DNA of 64,000 nt from Octopus sinensis (taxonomy: Eukaryota): assembly GCF_006345805.1 (NCBI RefSeq), contig NC_043000.1, positions 60,202,001 through 60,266,000 on the forward strand. The letters run 5' to 3'. Below the pieces are notes generated by a model, which searched no databases, had not been told where the DNA came from, and saw only the letters and a list, made by a program, of their open reading frames with translations. A program made the position numbers and the translations under genes. This document shows, one piece after another, positions 52,378-64,000 of the stretch. Each line of letters begins with the position of its first letter. Position 1 is the first letter of the stretch.

Positions 52378-53087
52378 ATAAAAAAACTGGTAAAAATTAA
52401 TATGAATTAATTCAAATTTGTTTATTTTATCATCAGAATGTAGCTTGAAATAAACCACATTCCTCTTTTATGTTGCTTAAACCCAACTCACCCTGCACTG
52501 AGATGATGTTTGATCAAAGTCATGACCAGTTCTAATGATGTCTAATGCATCATCATCATCATCGTTTAACGTCCGTTTTCCATGCTGGCATGGGTTGGTG
52601 TTTTCATGAAGATCTGGCTGCTATTTTGCCATCAGATCTACAGGATTTACTAGACCAGTACCCTTCTCCAAATATCTGTTATTAAGCAGATGAGAAACAT
52701 ATCTTTCCTTATAAAGAAAAGCTGTCAATTGGATGTAAGTGACAGCCAATGGCTCTCTCAGTAGACCAATTTATAGATATGACTGAAGCCAATAGATCAC
52801 CAGTCAATTATTAAAATACTGGTTACTGCGGCGAATTATACCACACACTTACTTAAAGCTTGGTGGATTTGGTCACTGAAAATTGTTTTAGCCACTCATG
52901 AAATGCAGTGACAATGACCATCTGCATGATTGTCCAATGTCTTTATTAACTTGGTCATCCACACTACCTGGCACACAAATGAAAATCACATAAATGAGTT
53001 ATTTATTTTGTAAATAGCATGAGATATTAATTTTGTTTTTGTATTTGGTTTGCAAGATTCTTTATGTGAATTCATGTGCTGAAACAA

Positions 53088-53426
53088 ATTTTGCTGTGCC
53101 TAGGAAGGGTCATTAGACCAATATTAATAATATTTGCACTGGTTCAATTCCATTCTTTTATTATTGGTCAATTGGTCGAATATTCATCCAACTAATTAAT
53201 TAATCACTGAAAAGGGTTATGAATGGCAACAGAAGAACTTTAACAAAAGAAAAAAATAGAAAAGTAAAAAAAAAACAGTTGACATTTTAACCAACAAGTT
53301 AAACAAATGATCAATTAGTTAGTTGGATAGATATTTAACCAATTAGCTAATAACAAAGGAGTGGAATTAAACCAGTGCATGTGTTATTAATATTGGCACA
53401 GTTACTCTCCCAAGACACAACAAAAT
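53088..53426. mobile_element. Old diverged inverted-repeat element (MITE-like)
   Basis: ccaatattaataa...tgcactggtt.aattcca is mirrored by tggaattaaaccagtgca...ttattaatattgg. Confidence 0.6.
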
Positions 53427-55384
53427 GAGGTATTAATTATGTTAAAAAATAAATTATATTTTATTAATTTGTTAATTATTTCTGCTTTGACTTTAGTTCT
53501 TGGCATGACCGTAAATTAAGTTAAATACTTTTCTAGCCAATGGTAATTTGTTTTAAGTTTTGTATAAATTTTTCTCTGTATTGTTGTATTTGTTAACTCA
53601 TTGGGTGGTGTGATATCAATCAATCAATAAAAGATGATAAAAATATTCCTCTTCTCTCTTTCTCCAATGTTAATGACTTCTATTCCTTTAAGTATGAAAG
53701 ATAATATTATACCATAGGTTACATCTCCTAATGAACCACCACCACCACCATCATTTCAGCAACAGCAATAAATATTAGCATAATTTCAAATAGCCTTACA
53801 TGCTTATGCATGTGTCTGTGTATGCATATGTGTATACATTTGAAAAGAATATATTATTCTGAATAATTCAACATCAGCTGCCTTTATATTTGATTCCGTG
53901 TAAAGTGATTAGCTTAAGAAATAACTTCTTGACTAGATATGTCCCCATAGCAACAGTGCAAATAATATTGATTTCTTTTGACATGAAGTCATGCTTTGCA
54001 GGTGAATGGGGTACAGTTGATTGACCCTAGTATATGACTAGTACTTACTTCATTAATCCCCTAAAGGGATATAAGTCTAAGTAAGGTTTAGTAAAACATA
54101 AAAGTAGAACATACCATAAATGGATAAGAGTACATACTATAAATCTTTTAGTCTAGTTCTGGTGCTTCACCATTGCTCTGGGATTATTTTGTTTTACAGG
54201 TAGAAAAACTACTTTATTATGGCTGGAACAAAAACAGATGCAAGGGAATGGAATTTGGCACCAGCATCTTATATAATAATGCAACTTGCCAAAATTATGT
54301 GAAATCTAAAATTACTAGTCTGTATCACTTACCTTGAGATAAATTTTGGCAACTTGGATGTTCCTGGGCACAGAAATGTTTCTATTGCTTTAGAGACATG
54401 TGATTCGGTCATAACTAGCAACAAGTTTGATAATTTTTTTCAATGTTTAGTCTAAGGAATATCTCAGAGATTTTTACTATCATGATTTCATTTTGAAAAT
54501 TTTAGGAAAATTAAATACTCAAATAACATTACAAAAATTTTATGTGAAATAAAATGTCAAAGCCTTGTGAGTGAAATTTGGTAAATAAACAGAAACTGTG
54601 TGAAGCCTGTCATATGTGTGTTGCATGTATTTTGTATATGTGTATGTGTAAGTGAGAGAGAGAGAGAGAGAAAAAAGAGAGAGAGAAAGAGAGTGAGAGA
54701 GAGTGTGTGTGTGTGATTAATTAATTAATTTGCTTTATGTGTGTTTTTCCCCCACCATGCTAGTATGAATTGAACAAATATATATCACTGAGGCTGGATG
54801 TCTTTCCTGTCACTAACTTCTACATGATTTTCCAAGTCAGGGAGTCTTCACTCCAATTGTCTCTGAAAATACAGAGCAACCAGACAATTTACCAGCAAAG
54901 AAACGTCAACAATATCACTGTCTGTATCACAGCAATTTTCCAGAAATACAAGGTAAGTAAACATTCGCAGATACACACATATTCCATATATAAGCATACA
55001 TGAAAGCTCACACACACACAAAGAGTTCTGTTCTGTACAGTTTCCATCTATCAGCTCACTCACTATGGTAGAAAGTACTGGCCCAATGTGCCACTGCAGG
55101 ACACATTCAGTGGAACTGAACCTAATACCATATGGCCATGCTTCACACACAAGAGAGGGCAGAATTAGGCTCTGTCTGAATTACATTCATCTGAACATTG
55201 TTGACCTTGCCATTTTACCTTACTAGATCAATCAATTAAATACCAGTCACTGTACTAGTATCAATATAGTTGTCTAAATCTCTTGATGGCTATGCCATAA
55301 GCTTGGCCACAGTCCAACAACCGAAACCAGTAAAACAATAAATGAATAATACTTAGGATATCTAAGTATAGCTTTATATGGTAT

Positions 55385-55749
55385 ACTCTTTTACTTGTTT
55401 CAGTCATTTGACTGTGGCCATGCTGGAGCACCGCCTTTAGTCGAGCAAATCGACCCCAGGCCTTATTCTTTGTAAGCCTAGTACTTATTCCATCAATCTT
55501 TTTTGCTGAACCGCTAAGTTATGGGGACGTAAACACACCAGCATCGGTTGTCAAGTGATGTTGGGGGACAAACACAGACACACAAATACACACATATACG
55601 ATGGTTTCCGTCTACCAAATCCACTCACAAGGCTTTGGTCGGTCCGTGTCTATAGTAGAAGACACTTACCCAATGTGCCATGCAGTGGGACTGAACCCGG
55701 AACCATGTGGTTGGTAAGCAAACTACTTACCACAGCCACTCCTGCACCT
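55385..55749 (-). mobile_element. SINE family A
   Basis: Reverse complement of the 42320 copy. Confidence 0.9.
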
Positions 55750-56559
55750 ATGGTATGTTCATTAAAATAAAAATAAGTTGTATTGTCCACAATTTAGACT
55801 ACTTGTTGATAAAAGATACATTACACTAATTGGTCAGCGGTAGGAAATACATTCAGCTTTAAAAAAGAAACTTGATCTAACATGCAATATTAGATCTAAT
55901 ATGTAATATTAACTATGTTAGCAAATATCTTAGATATGCTAGTACAGCTGATTATTAGTTATCCAATCATGCTATCATAAAAAGATGGATACAAATAACA
56001 ATTAGCTACCCATGGAAACTTGAAATTTCTGAAGTGGAAATTTCAGGTTTCCAAGGGGAGATCTGGGGATTCCAGTGCTGGAATAATTTACAGGTTCACA
56101 AATTCTTTATCATTTATTTGCATTAGATTTATTTTCCTTAATGTTGATTTTAAAGCCATTCATTTAAGCAAAAGTGGGGCTATAAAGGCATGTCATATAT
56201 GTCCATACCCCTGCACAGAATCTGTCCCAATCGAATCTCTCCCCATAAACTTCACTTTATAACCCCTCTCCTCCACCTATGTTCACTACTCACTGCATTC
56301 TCCTCCCCTCTATCTCGCACTCTCCTTTCTCAGTCTTGTAAACTTAGCTATCCTGTTCCATTATCTAATCCTCTCTGCCACTTATATTCACCACCCTGTA
56401 ATTTCAGGATATGCTCCAGAACATCACCATCTCTTCTCTCATCTATCTTTTCCAACTAGGGTAGCCATTTATCTCTTCTACAGCAAGACACCTGTTTCTC
56501 TCCCTCTACAATACTTTCACCTCTCATCACCTGACACAAAGCCACCTCTCTCAATACCC

Positions 56560-56794
56560 TACTCGATTGAGGGGTCCTTATCTTGAAAGTTGCTTGGTAA
56601 CCTCACTGGTGCTGGTGCCATGTAAAAAGCACCCAGTACACTCTGCAAAGTAAATAGCATTAAGAGGGGCATCCAGCTGTAGAAGCCCTGCCAAAGCTGA
56701 CAGTAGAACTTGCCACAGTCCTCTGGCTTTCCAGCTCCTGTCAAACTGTGCAACCCATGCCAGCATGGAAAACAAATGTATGATGATGATGATG
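56560..56794 (+). mobile_element. SINE-like family B
   Basis: gggcatccagctgtag...caacccatgccagcatggaaa...(gat)n. Confidence 0.7.
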
Positions 56795-57028
56795 AAATTT
56801 TTACAAAGCTGTTGTTAACACAATAAACTGCATTGTATACAAAATAATATTTTTCTTATCGTGCATGCTTAAAAGTGTGATCATGATAGTGAATTGGTAA
56901 AGGTGAGATAGTTAATATATCTTATATACAAATTCTTTTCAACATCAGTGATAACATGGATAAACACATATGTGAATTCATTTATATGAGCAACACTAAC
57001 AGTATGTTCTTCTCTATATCTATCCTTA

Positions 57029-57066
<38 letters not shown>

Positions 57067-57068
<2 letters not shown>

Positions 57069-57487
57069 GGCAAGGAGCCAGCAGAATTGTGAGCGTGTTG
57101 CACGAAATGCTTAGTGGAATTTCGCCCATCGCTACATTCTAAGTTCAAATTCCACCGAGGTTGACTTTGCCTTCCATCCATTCTGGGTTAATAAATTAAG
57201 TGCCAGTGAAACACTGGGGGTTGATGTAACCACCTTATTACCTCTCCCAAAATGGCTGCCCTTGTGGCAAAATTTGAAACTACTATTATTATTATTATTA
57301 AGGTAGTGAGCAAAATGCCTATAGGCATTCCATCTGTTTTTATGTTCTGAGTTCAAATTCCTCCAAAGTCAACTTTCCCTTTCATCTTTTTGGGGTCAAT
57401 AAATTAAGTACCAGTGAAACATTGGAGTCGATGTAATCAACTAGTCCCCTCCCCACAAATTTCAGGCCTTGTGCTTATAGTAGGAAA

Positions 57488-57488
<1 letters not shown>
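57067..57488 (+). mobile_element. Two tandem SINE family C copies between (TTA)n tracts
   Basis: The gttcaaattcc...actttgcc/ccct.tcatc...aaattaagt.ccagtgaaac block occurs twice. Confidence 0.8.
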
Positions 57489-57489
<1 letters not shown>

Positions 57490-57518
<29 letters not shown>

Positions 57519-57775
57519 TCATGAAAATACTTCAAGAACCCTGCAGAGAACTCTTGAGTTCTAAGCAATGATAATTTTTTATTGTGTTCTATTTTTACAT
57601 TTGTTCTAATCTTTTTGAGCCATGTTGGTAGTTGGGTACTGATGCTTTCAAGTGCACCAATTACCATTGGTATCACATCTACTTTCTTTATTGCCCACCA
57701 CCTATGTATTTCCCACTTCAATTCTTAATAGGTGTTCACTTTTTCTTCTTCTTTCTCTTCAATTCTGTTGTCACT
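57490..57775 (-). mobile_element. R4/Dong-like LINE 3' end (restriction-like endonuclease tail) ending in (TAA)n
   Basis: PSDNRIEKKEEEKVNTY*ELKWEIHRWWAIKKVDVIPMVIGAL followed by taataataa on the minus strand. Confidence 0.75.
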
Positions 57776-59289
57776 TGGATTCTTCATTTCATATTAGTTG
57801 TAAAAATCCATTTTTTTACACCAATTCTAAAAGATCAGACACATCAAGGACTTTGAACTTCATAAAAAATTGATGGAAATACTTTTCTGTATGATGTTCA
57901 TAAATATCTATGCCATTACCAGCAGATATATATATTTGGCTAGAATTATCACTACCTGTAGTAGTGAAATAACTGTCCAACCATTATTCTACAAGAGTTC
58001 CCAAACTGGGGTTTATGGACCTCCAGGGATTGGCAAATGTAGTACTAACTGATCATGAGCTGAATTCAAAATTTGTTGGATATCCCAAACTTTCAAAAGC
58101 CAAGAGTCCATGAGAATATTCATTTCAGTAAAAAGGAGTCCTTAGTAGCCTAAAGGTTGCATTATAATATGGTGTATGACTTAAAATCAAATCTCACATA
58201 CAGATGTATAATAAGAGGCTCAATATTTAGTACTGTCTTTCAACTTTCTAAGTTCAAATCCCACACAGGTTAACATCGTGTTTTGTCTCAAAGAACAATT
58301 AAATGGCTACACCAGCAACATACTGGGGTGTTAGTTTTTTACTAATGAATGTGCAATTTTCTGACACAGTAAAACAAATCCTTTAAATTCCAGTTAAATA
58401 AAGTAAAGATAAATGAAACTGATAAAGCTTGCCTGCACTTGCAATGCACAAATATAAATTAAAAAGATATGAAATTGTTTTAGATTACATGAAGAAATAA
58501 TCTATGAATGCTTCCATATCAATTTCAAATGTCATACATTGAAGAAAATTGCTGCTAAATATGATTTCCATAAAGATATTAAATGCAATATTTATGATAC
58601 ATTCTGAAACACATAAATATTTATGATTAACTTTCAACGGGTCAATGAGGGAGCTGCTATGTGATTTCTCAACTTGCATGAAACATTTGGCAAATATTCC
58701 TCCATTCACATATTACAGTCTTATAAAAGGAAGGATAACATAGTTTTAGGTTCACTGTTTGAAATGAAGACAAAAAATACTTTTGATCATAGGGCCTACT
58801 CACTCAGATTATACCTATGATCAAAATTAACTTTCAGGAGTTAAACATAAACTGCACTAACCTGATCTAGTTATAACTAAATCCAGTTCCAGGGATAAAC
58901 TCTGGACACTGCTCAGCATTTTTAGACCAATAGTAAAAAGAAAGCAAATGTCTACAAGTAAATGCAATCATTATTATCATCATTTCATGACTACATCCCT
59001 CTCAGACATGTCTTGGCATGGTTTCTATTGTTGGATTCTAACAACACCAATTTAACAGTGTACTGGATACAATTTATTATGCACCAGCACTAGTGAGGTT
59101 GTCTGATAACTTGCAAGACTAAAGAGCTCCCACAACTCTGAGAGGGTTAATAGGTAATAACGTAATGAAACCATTAACATCTTCCAACACCTCCGATCTC
59201 TCTCCCTCTCTCTCTCTCCTTCATGGCTAGCACCTTTTCCATAAAGTCAGATCCACTAATAACCTACTCTCCTCCATTGCCCACCAGTA

Positions 59290-59490
59290 GTCTTGCCTTT
59301 GTGAAATTTGGTGAAAGCAACATTATCAATCTCAACATTAGCAAAACTTTTGACTATGTCTGCATGCAACTTTACTGAGCTACCCACTAATGGATGTTAC
59401 CAGTATCTTATCTCTGGAATCAATAGCTTCTTCTCAGATTGTACTATTGTCACATGTGATGCTGCTTTTTCTGTCATTCATTCAACGTTC
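59290..59490 (+). mobile_element. CR1/Jockey-like RT fragment
   Basis: FGESNIINLNISKTFDYV...LISGINSFFSD resembles the LDISKAFDRV...WI.SFLS motif. Confidence 0.55.
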
Positions 59491-59784
59491 ATAAATATTT
59501 AATTTATGCAATACATTATCAGCGTAAACAAGAACAAAAATTAATTAGTATGTAATTGATCTAATAACTCATCTTTTTTCATTGATCCTCATCATTATCA
59601 TTAATTCATTTATATTAACAAACTGTACATAATCATAACCACCATGCTTGTTCTAAGCTGTGTTGTGCATCCATTTATTAATTTTAACATATTTTATTCC
59701 ATTTGTTTGAACTAAACTCAATTTCACAACTATGATAAAACAAAGACTTCAAACATTTCTTCTTTCTGATTTTGGTATGCATTC

Positions 59785-59974
59785 TGTTGTGGTGAGGGTC
59801 ATTGATACCCCTGAGAAATTGGAAGAATAGACTACCCAAACTCTTATAAAGAGTAGTGGTTAGTTATAGTCAAAGAGAGAGCGTTTTGGTAGTCTTGCGA
59901 AGTACATTATGTGAACACATTGATTAAACCTCCACGGCATAATTTATCTATACCAACCTGTGGCAGGATATAAA
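59785..59974 (+). repeat. 5' LTR
   Basis: Starts TGTTGTGG; direct repeat of 63819-64000. Confidence 0.9.
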
Positions 59975-62700
59975 AGTGGCAATGAAATATTTGAAGCTTG
60001 TGTAGGATGTTAAAATTTTTTTCTTTCGGTATGAAACCAAAGAAAAAATGATCTAACATGGAAGATATTTTGGCTCACGTGGTACAGTTGCAACAGCAGT
60101 TACAACAACAACTACAACGACAACAACAACAATACCAACAGTTACTGGAAGTAATGTTGAAGAAGGCTGAAAATACTTCAGGTTCATTCTCATCAGACAG
60201 TGTAGCAAATTCAATTGGAGAATTTATAATCCAAAAGAAGGTAACCTTTTTCTTCATATTTTCAAAGATACAGAGAAATCTTCAAAGAAGACTGTAAAAA
60301 CTGGAATGATGAGAAGGTGTAACTACTTTTAAGAAAGTTATCCCCTCCCAGACATGAAAATACTGTAACTATATTCTACCAAAGAAATCAGGTGAGATTT
60401 GTTTCAATGAAACAGTTAATTTGTTATTGAGAATTTTCAGTGAAAGAAGTTCCCTGTTCAGTACTTGTTGACAAAATTTAAATTCAGTTAAAAAAGATGA
60501 TGAAGATTTCGTCAGCTATTCTGGAGTAATTAACAGAGACTGTGAAAATTTCAAATTAAATGAATTAACCCTGGATTTGTTCAAATGTCTAATTTTTGTT
60601 CAAGTGTTAACAGCAAGAAAAGATGCTGATATACATTCCCATATATTAACAAAATTAGAACAGGACCAAAAATTAATTCTACAGGCTGAAGACTGCCAGG
60701 GAATTGTAAATTTAAGACATGACATGGATAAAATTGTAGAAAAGACTGCTCTCGGATACATGCGTGTTGATCTGAAATGGATAAGAAAAAAGAAAAATGA
60801 ATGTCAAGACCAAATCTGTGCTATGTCTGTGGAGGTTTACATTTTAAAAGTAATTGTCCTTTTAAATATTGTAAATGTTTTGATTGTAGAAAAATCAGAC
60901 ATAAAAGCTCACATTGTAAAGCAAAACAAAAAAGGGTCAATCAAAAAATTCTAGAAAAAAATGTATTGCTAAAAAAATTCTAAGCAAGGTTCAGAAAATA
61001 AAATTTATGTCCATAAAAATGAATAATGTGAATATCAAGTTGCAAATGAATACAGGCAGTGATATCACAATAATAAATAAAGATACATGGAGAAAAATAG
61101 GAAAACCTAGATTAAAGGAAACTTCAAAATTTGTGTTTCAGAAAAAAAATTGAATTTTATGGGGGAAATGATAAGTAATGTTACATCCTGTGGAAAAAAA
61201 CTTTGAAAGCCAAAGTTTTTGGTTGAAAAATAGGAGAAATTTATTTGGAACAGACTGGATGAAACTACTTAACTTATGAGACCTACCCATAAATATTTTT
61301 TGTTAGAGTGTAAATGGTTCTTCTGCCAGTACAAAGAAGGTGTCGGAGAATTTAAAAACAAAATTTTCTCTGAAGTTTTATCTGAGGAATTGGGTCTTTG
61401 TACCAAAACAGAGGTGAAGTTTCAAGTGAAAGAAAACACTACACTGGTATTTAAACCAAAAAGAACGGTACCTTTCACAGCATGGAAACAAGTCAATGAA
61501 GAATTGGATAAGACTTGAAAAGTTTGGTAATTATTGAAAAAATTGATTACTCAAAATAGGTGTCCCCTACAGTTTATGTAAAGAAAAAAAATAATAAAAT
61601 CCAAGTATGCACTGATTTCTCATTGGGATTGAACGAATGTGTGATGCCATATAATTACCTGTTACGTAGTCTGGAAGAAATTTTTGCAAAGTTGAATGGA
61701 GAAAAATTTTTTCGAAGTTGGAGCTAGCTGAAGTGTAATTTGCAAGTAAAAGTCAATGAGAAATGTTCAAAATTATCGACAATAAATACACATAAAGGGT
61801 TATATAAATTTAATCGACACTCTTTGGTATAAAGGAAATTATAAATGGGGCTTGCAAATTACTATCAGGTATACATACCGAATATGTACAATTTAAGAGC
61901 ACCCCTGAATAACTTATTAAAAAAAAGACATTAAGTGGAACTGGTCGAACAAATGCCAAAAGGCTTTTGAAAAAATTAAAAACATCTTAATGTTGGAATT
62001 GTTGTTATCACATTTTGACATGAATTTAGAAATAGTAGTGGCAGCAGATGCTAGTGAAAGTGGTATCGGAGCTGTGATTTTACACAAGTATGGAGATGGT
62101 AGCCTGAAACCAGTAGCTCATGCTTCATGTTCATTATTGTTGGCTGAGAAAAGCTACAGTCAAACAGAAAAGGAGTCATTAGCCATCATGTATGCAGTAA
62201 AAAAAATTCCATGAATTGATACATGGAAGAAGGTTCTATCTGCAGACAGACCACCACCCATTATTGTCAATTTATGAATCAAAAAGGGTATTCCCACTCA
62301 TACAGCCAACTGATTGCAGCACTGAAGAACAATCCTACTGAATTACAATTTCAAGATGGAGTATTTGCCATCGGAAAAATTGGAATATGCAGATGGTTTG
62401 TCAAGATTAATACCAAAATATAGTGAAGACATAGTGGTAGCAGTGTTAAAAGCTTAAAATGAAAAAATATATATATATTGTGCAATGTTGTGTGTGAATT
62501 GCCTGTGACATTGGAAGAAATAAAAATTAAGGCAGAGACAGATGAGTTAATCATAAAAATGAGAAAAATAATGAGATAAGGAGAAACAAATAAGAAAATA
62601 CATGTTGCTGGAGATAACATGGTTTCGAAATTGTATTTGATGTCATAATGTACTTATGTATGTACAGTAGGTGGTAATGCTTACCTCACTATAAGGTCAA

Positions 62701-63477
62701 ATGTTAAAGGAATTCCAAACTGGACATCCAGGAATTTCTAAAATGAAATTGCTTATGAGGAGTTATGTTTATTGGCCAAAAAAGGATCTAGATATTGGGA
62801 AGTGGGTAAAATCCTGCAGTGGATGTGTTCTTGCAGCAAAGTCACTACCTATAAAATTTCAACTTTGGCTCAAAACCGATATGCCACGGTCCAGAATACA
62901 CATAGACTTCACAGGATCGTTAAACCAATCATATTATCTAATAGTGGTAGATAGCTTTACTAAATGGCCAGAAATGTGTAAATGTAGCAAACTGACATCC
63001 ATGGTAACAGTTGAATTTCTGCATGAACTTTTTGCTAGGTATGGTGTCCAAGATACCATAGTCTCCGATAATGGTACAAAATTCACGGTGAATGAATTTA
63101 AGAATCTTTGCAAGATGTACTCAATTGAACATATTACTACTCCACCATATCATCCAAGATCTAATGGGCAAGTGGAAAGGTTTGTGGATACATTTAAAAG
63201 AGTATTAAAGAAATCAAGAATCATGGTAGTCGATGACGCAGTATTGGTGCAATTCTTGAGGGTTTATAGGATAATACCAAACCCAAATGTTTTTTCAGGC
63301 AAGTCACCTGTGGAATTAATATTTGCTAAAAAAATAAGATCAATTTTCGACAAGCTACTACCAGTAAGAAAAACAAATAGGGAAAACACTAAAAATACGA
63401 CAAAGTTTTTTATATCAGTGACAAGGTATCTTTCAAAATATATAAAAATGGAATACAAGGTTGGAAAGACAGAGTAG
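62701..63477 (+). pseudogene. Gypsy integrase (longest intact pol fragment)
   Basis: D-D-E residues are present in IHIDF, SDNG and QVER; upstream pol is broken. Confidence 0.9.
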
Positions 63478-63818
63478 TAACAAAAAGAATAGGCAAAATG
63501 ATATATATGATAAGAGGTGACAAATGGGAACACAAAAGGCATTTAAACTAGCTAAAGCATAGACATACAGAAAAAAAGAAAAGAGATAACCATGGAAGTG
63601 TTCTATGACACCTTTGATGTTCCAACACCACAAAAAATTGAACTTAGTCAGAGCAGCACAAGAAACAGAAAGCAAACAGAACAGTTGGAAGTAGTGCCTA
63701 AACGGAAAAAAATATTAAACTTCCCTAGGAGGAAAATCTCAAAAAGGGAACCATGATGAAAGAAAAATAAATAAAAATAATATTAACTTCCAACAGAAGT
63801 CAATCTCAAAGGTGGAGA

Positions 63819-64000
63819 TATTGTGGTGAGAGTCATTGACACCCATGGGGTACCGGAAGAATGGACTACCCGGACTCTTATAAAGAGTAGTGGTCAGTAG
63901 TAGTTGGAGAGAGAGCATTTTGGTAGCCTCATGAAGTACGTTGTATGAACACATTAATAAACATCTGCTGCATAATTTATCTATACCAACCTGTGGCAGG
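63819..64000 (+). repeat. 3' LTR (cut by the window end)
   Basis: Follows the PPT and aligns with the 5' LTR with about 32 differences in about 183 nt (hand count). Confidence 0.9.

Larger units (their letters stand above)
59785..64000 (+). mobile_element. Gypsy/Ty3 LTR retrotransposon (Mag/K02A2.6-like), decayed
   Basis: Paired LTRs; two gag zinc knuckles (60801-60983); protease LQMNTGSDITII; partial RT; RNase H AADASESGIGAV...YSQTEKESLA; integrase GHPG..CSGC, IHIDF, SDNG, SNGQVER. PBS-like tggcaatga at 59977 and PPT at 63808-63818. Confidence 0.95.

Noticed and set aside
60058-60297. Poly-Q ORF as a host gene
   Set aside because: It is the gag N-terminus of the Gypsy element, just downstream of the PBS.

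Overview
AT-rich, repeat-dense eukaryotic genomic DNA. The SINE families look like those of an octopus (coleoid cephalopod); this is recognition from memory, not a database search. I find no intact protein-coding gene. Most of the window is transposon-derived: a decayed Gypsy LTR retrotransposon (59785-64000), a decayed Helitron RepHel (38290-40800), non-autonomous Helitron ends, three hAT (Buster/Charlie-like) relics, mariner MITEs, fragments of four LINE types, two ORF1/gag-like relics, three abundant SINE families and a five-copy family of GGATC-ended foldback elements. Non-TE sequence shows decayed minus-strand coding blocks: a 2.7 kb exon at the left end and coiled-coil/spectrin-like exons near 32-35 kb. 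The best leads are the foldback family seen in both monomer and long-TIR forms, several palindrome-amplification structures, a minimal hammerhead-like motif at 4506-4543, the gene relic, and a CpG-content shift near 31.5 kb. Nothing establishes a new biological system. Most ORF-track entries are microsatellite or SINE artefacts.
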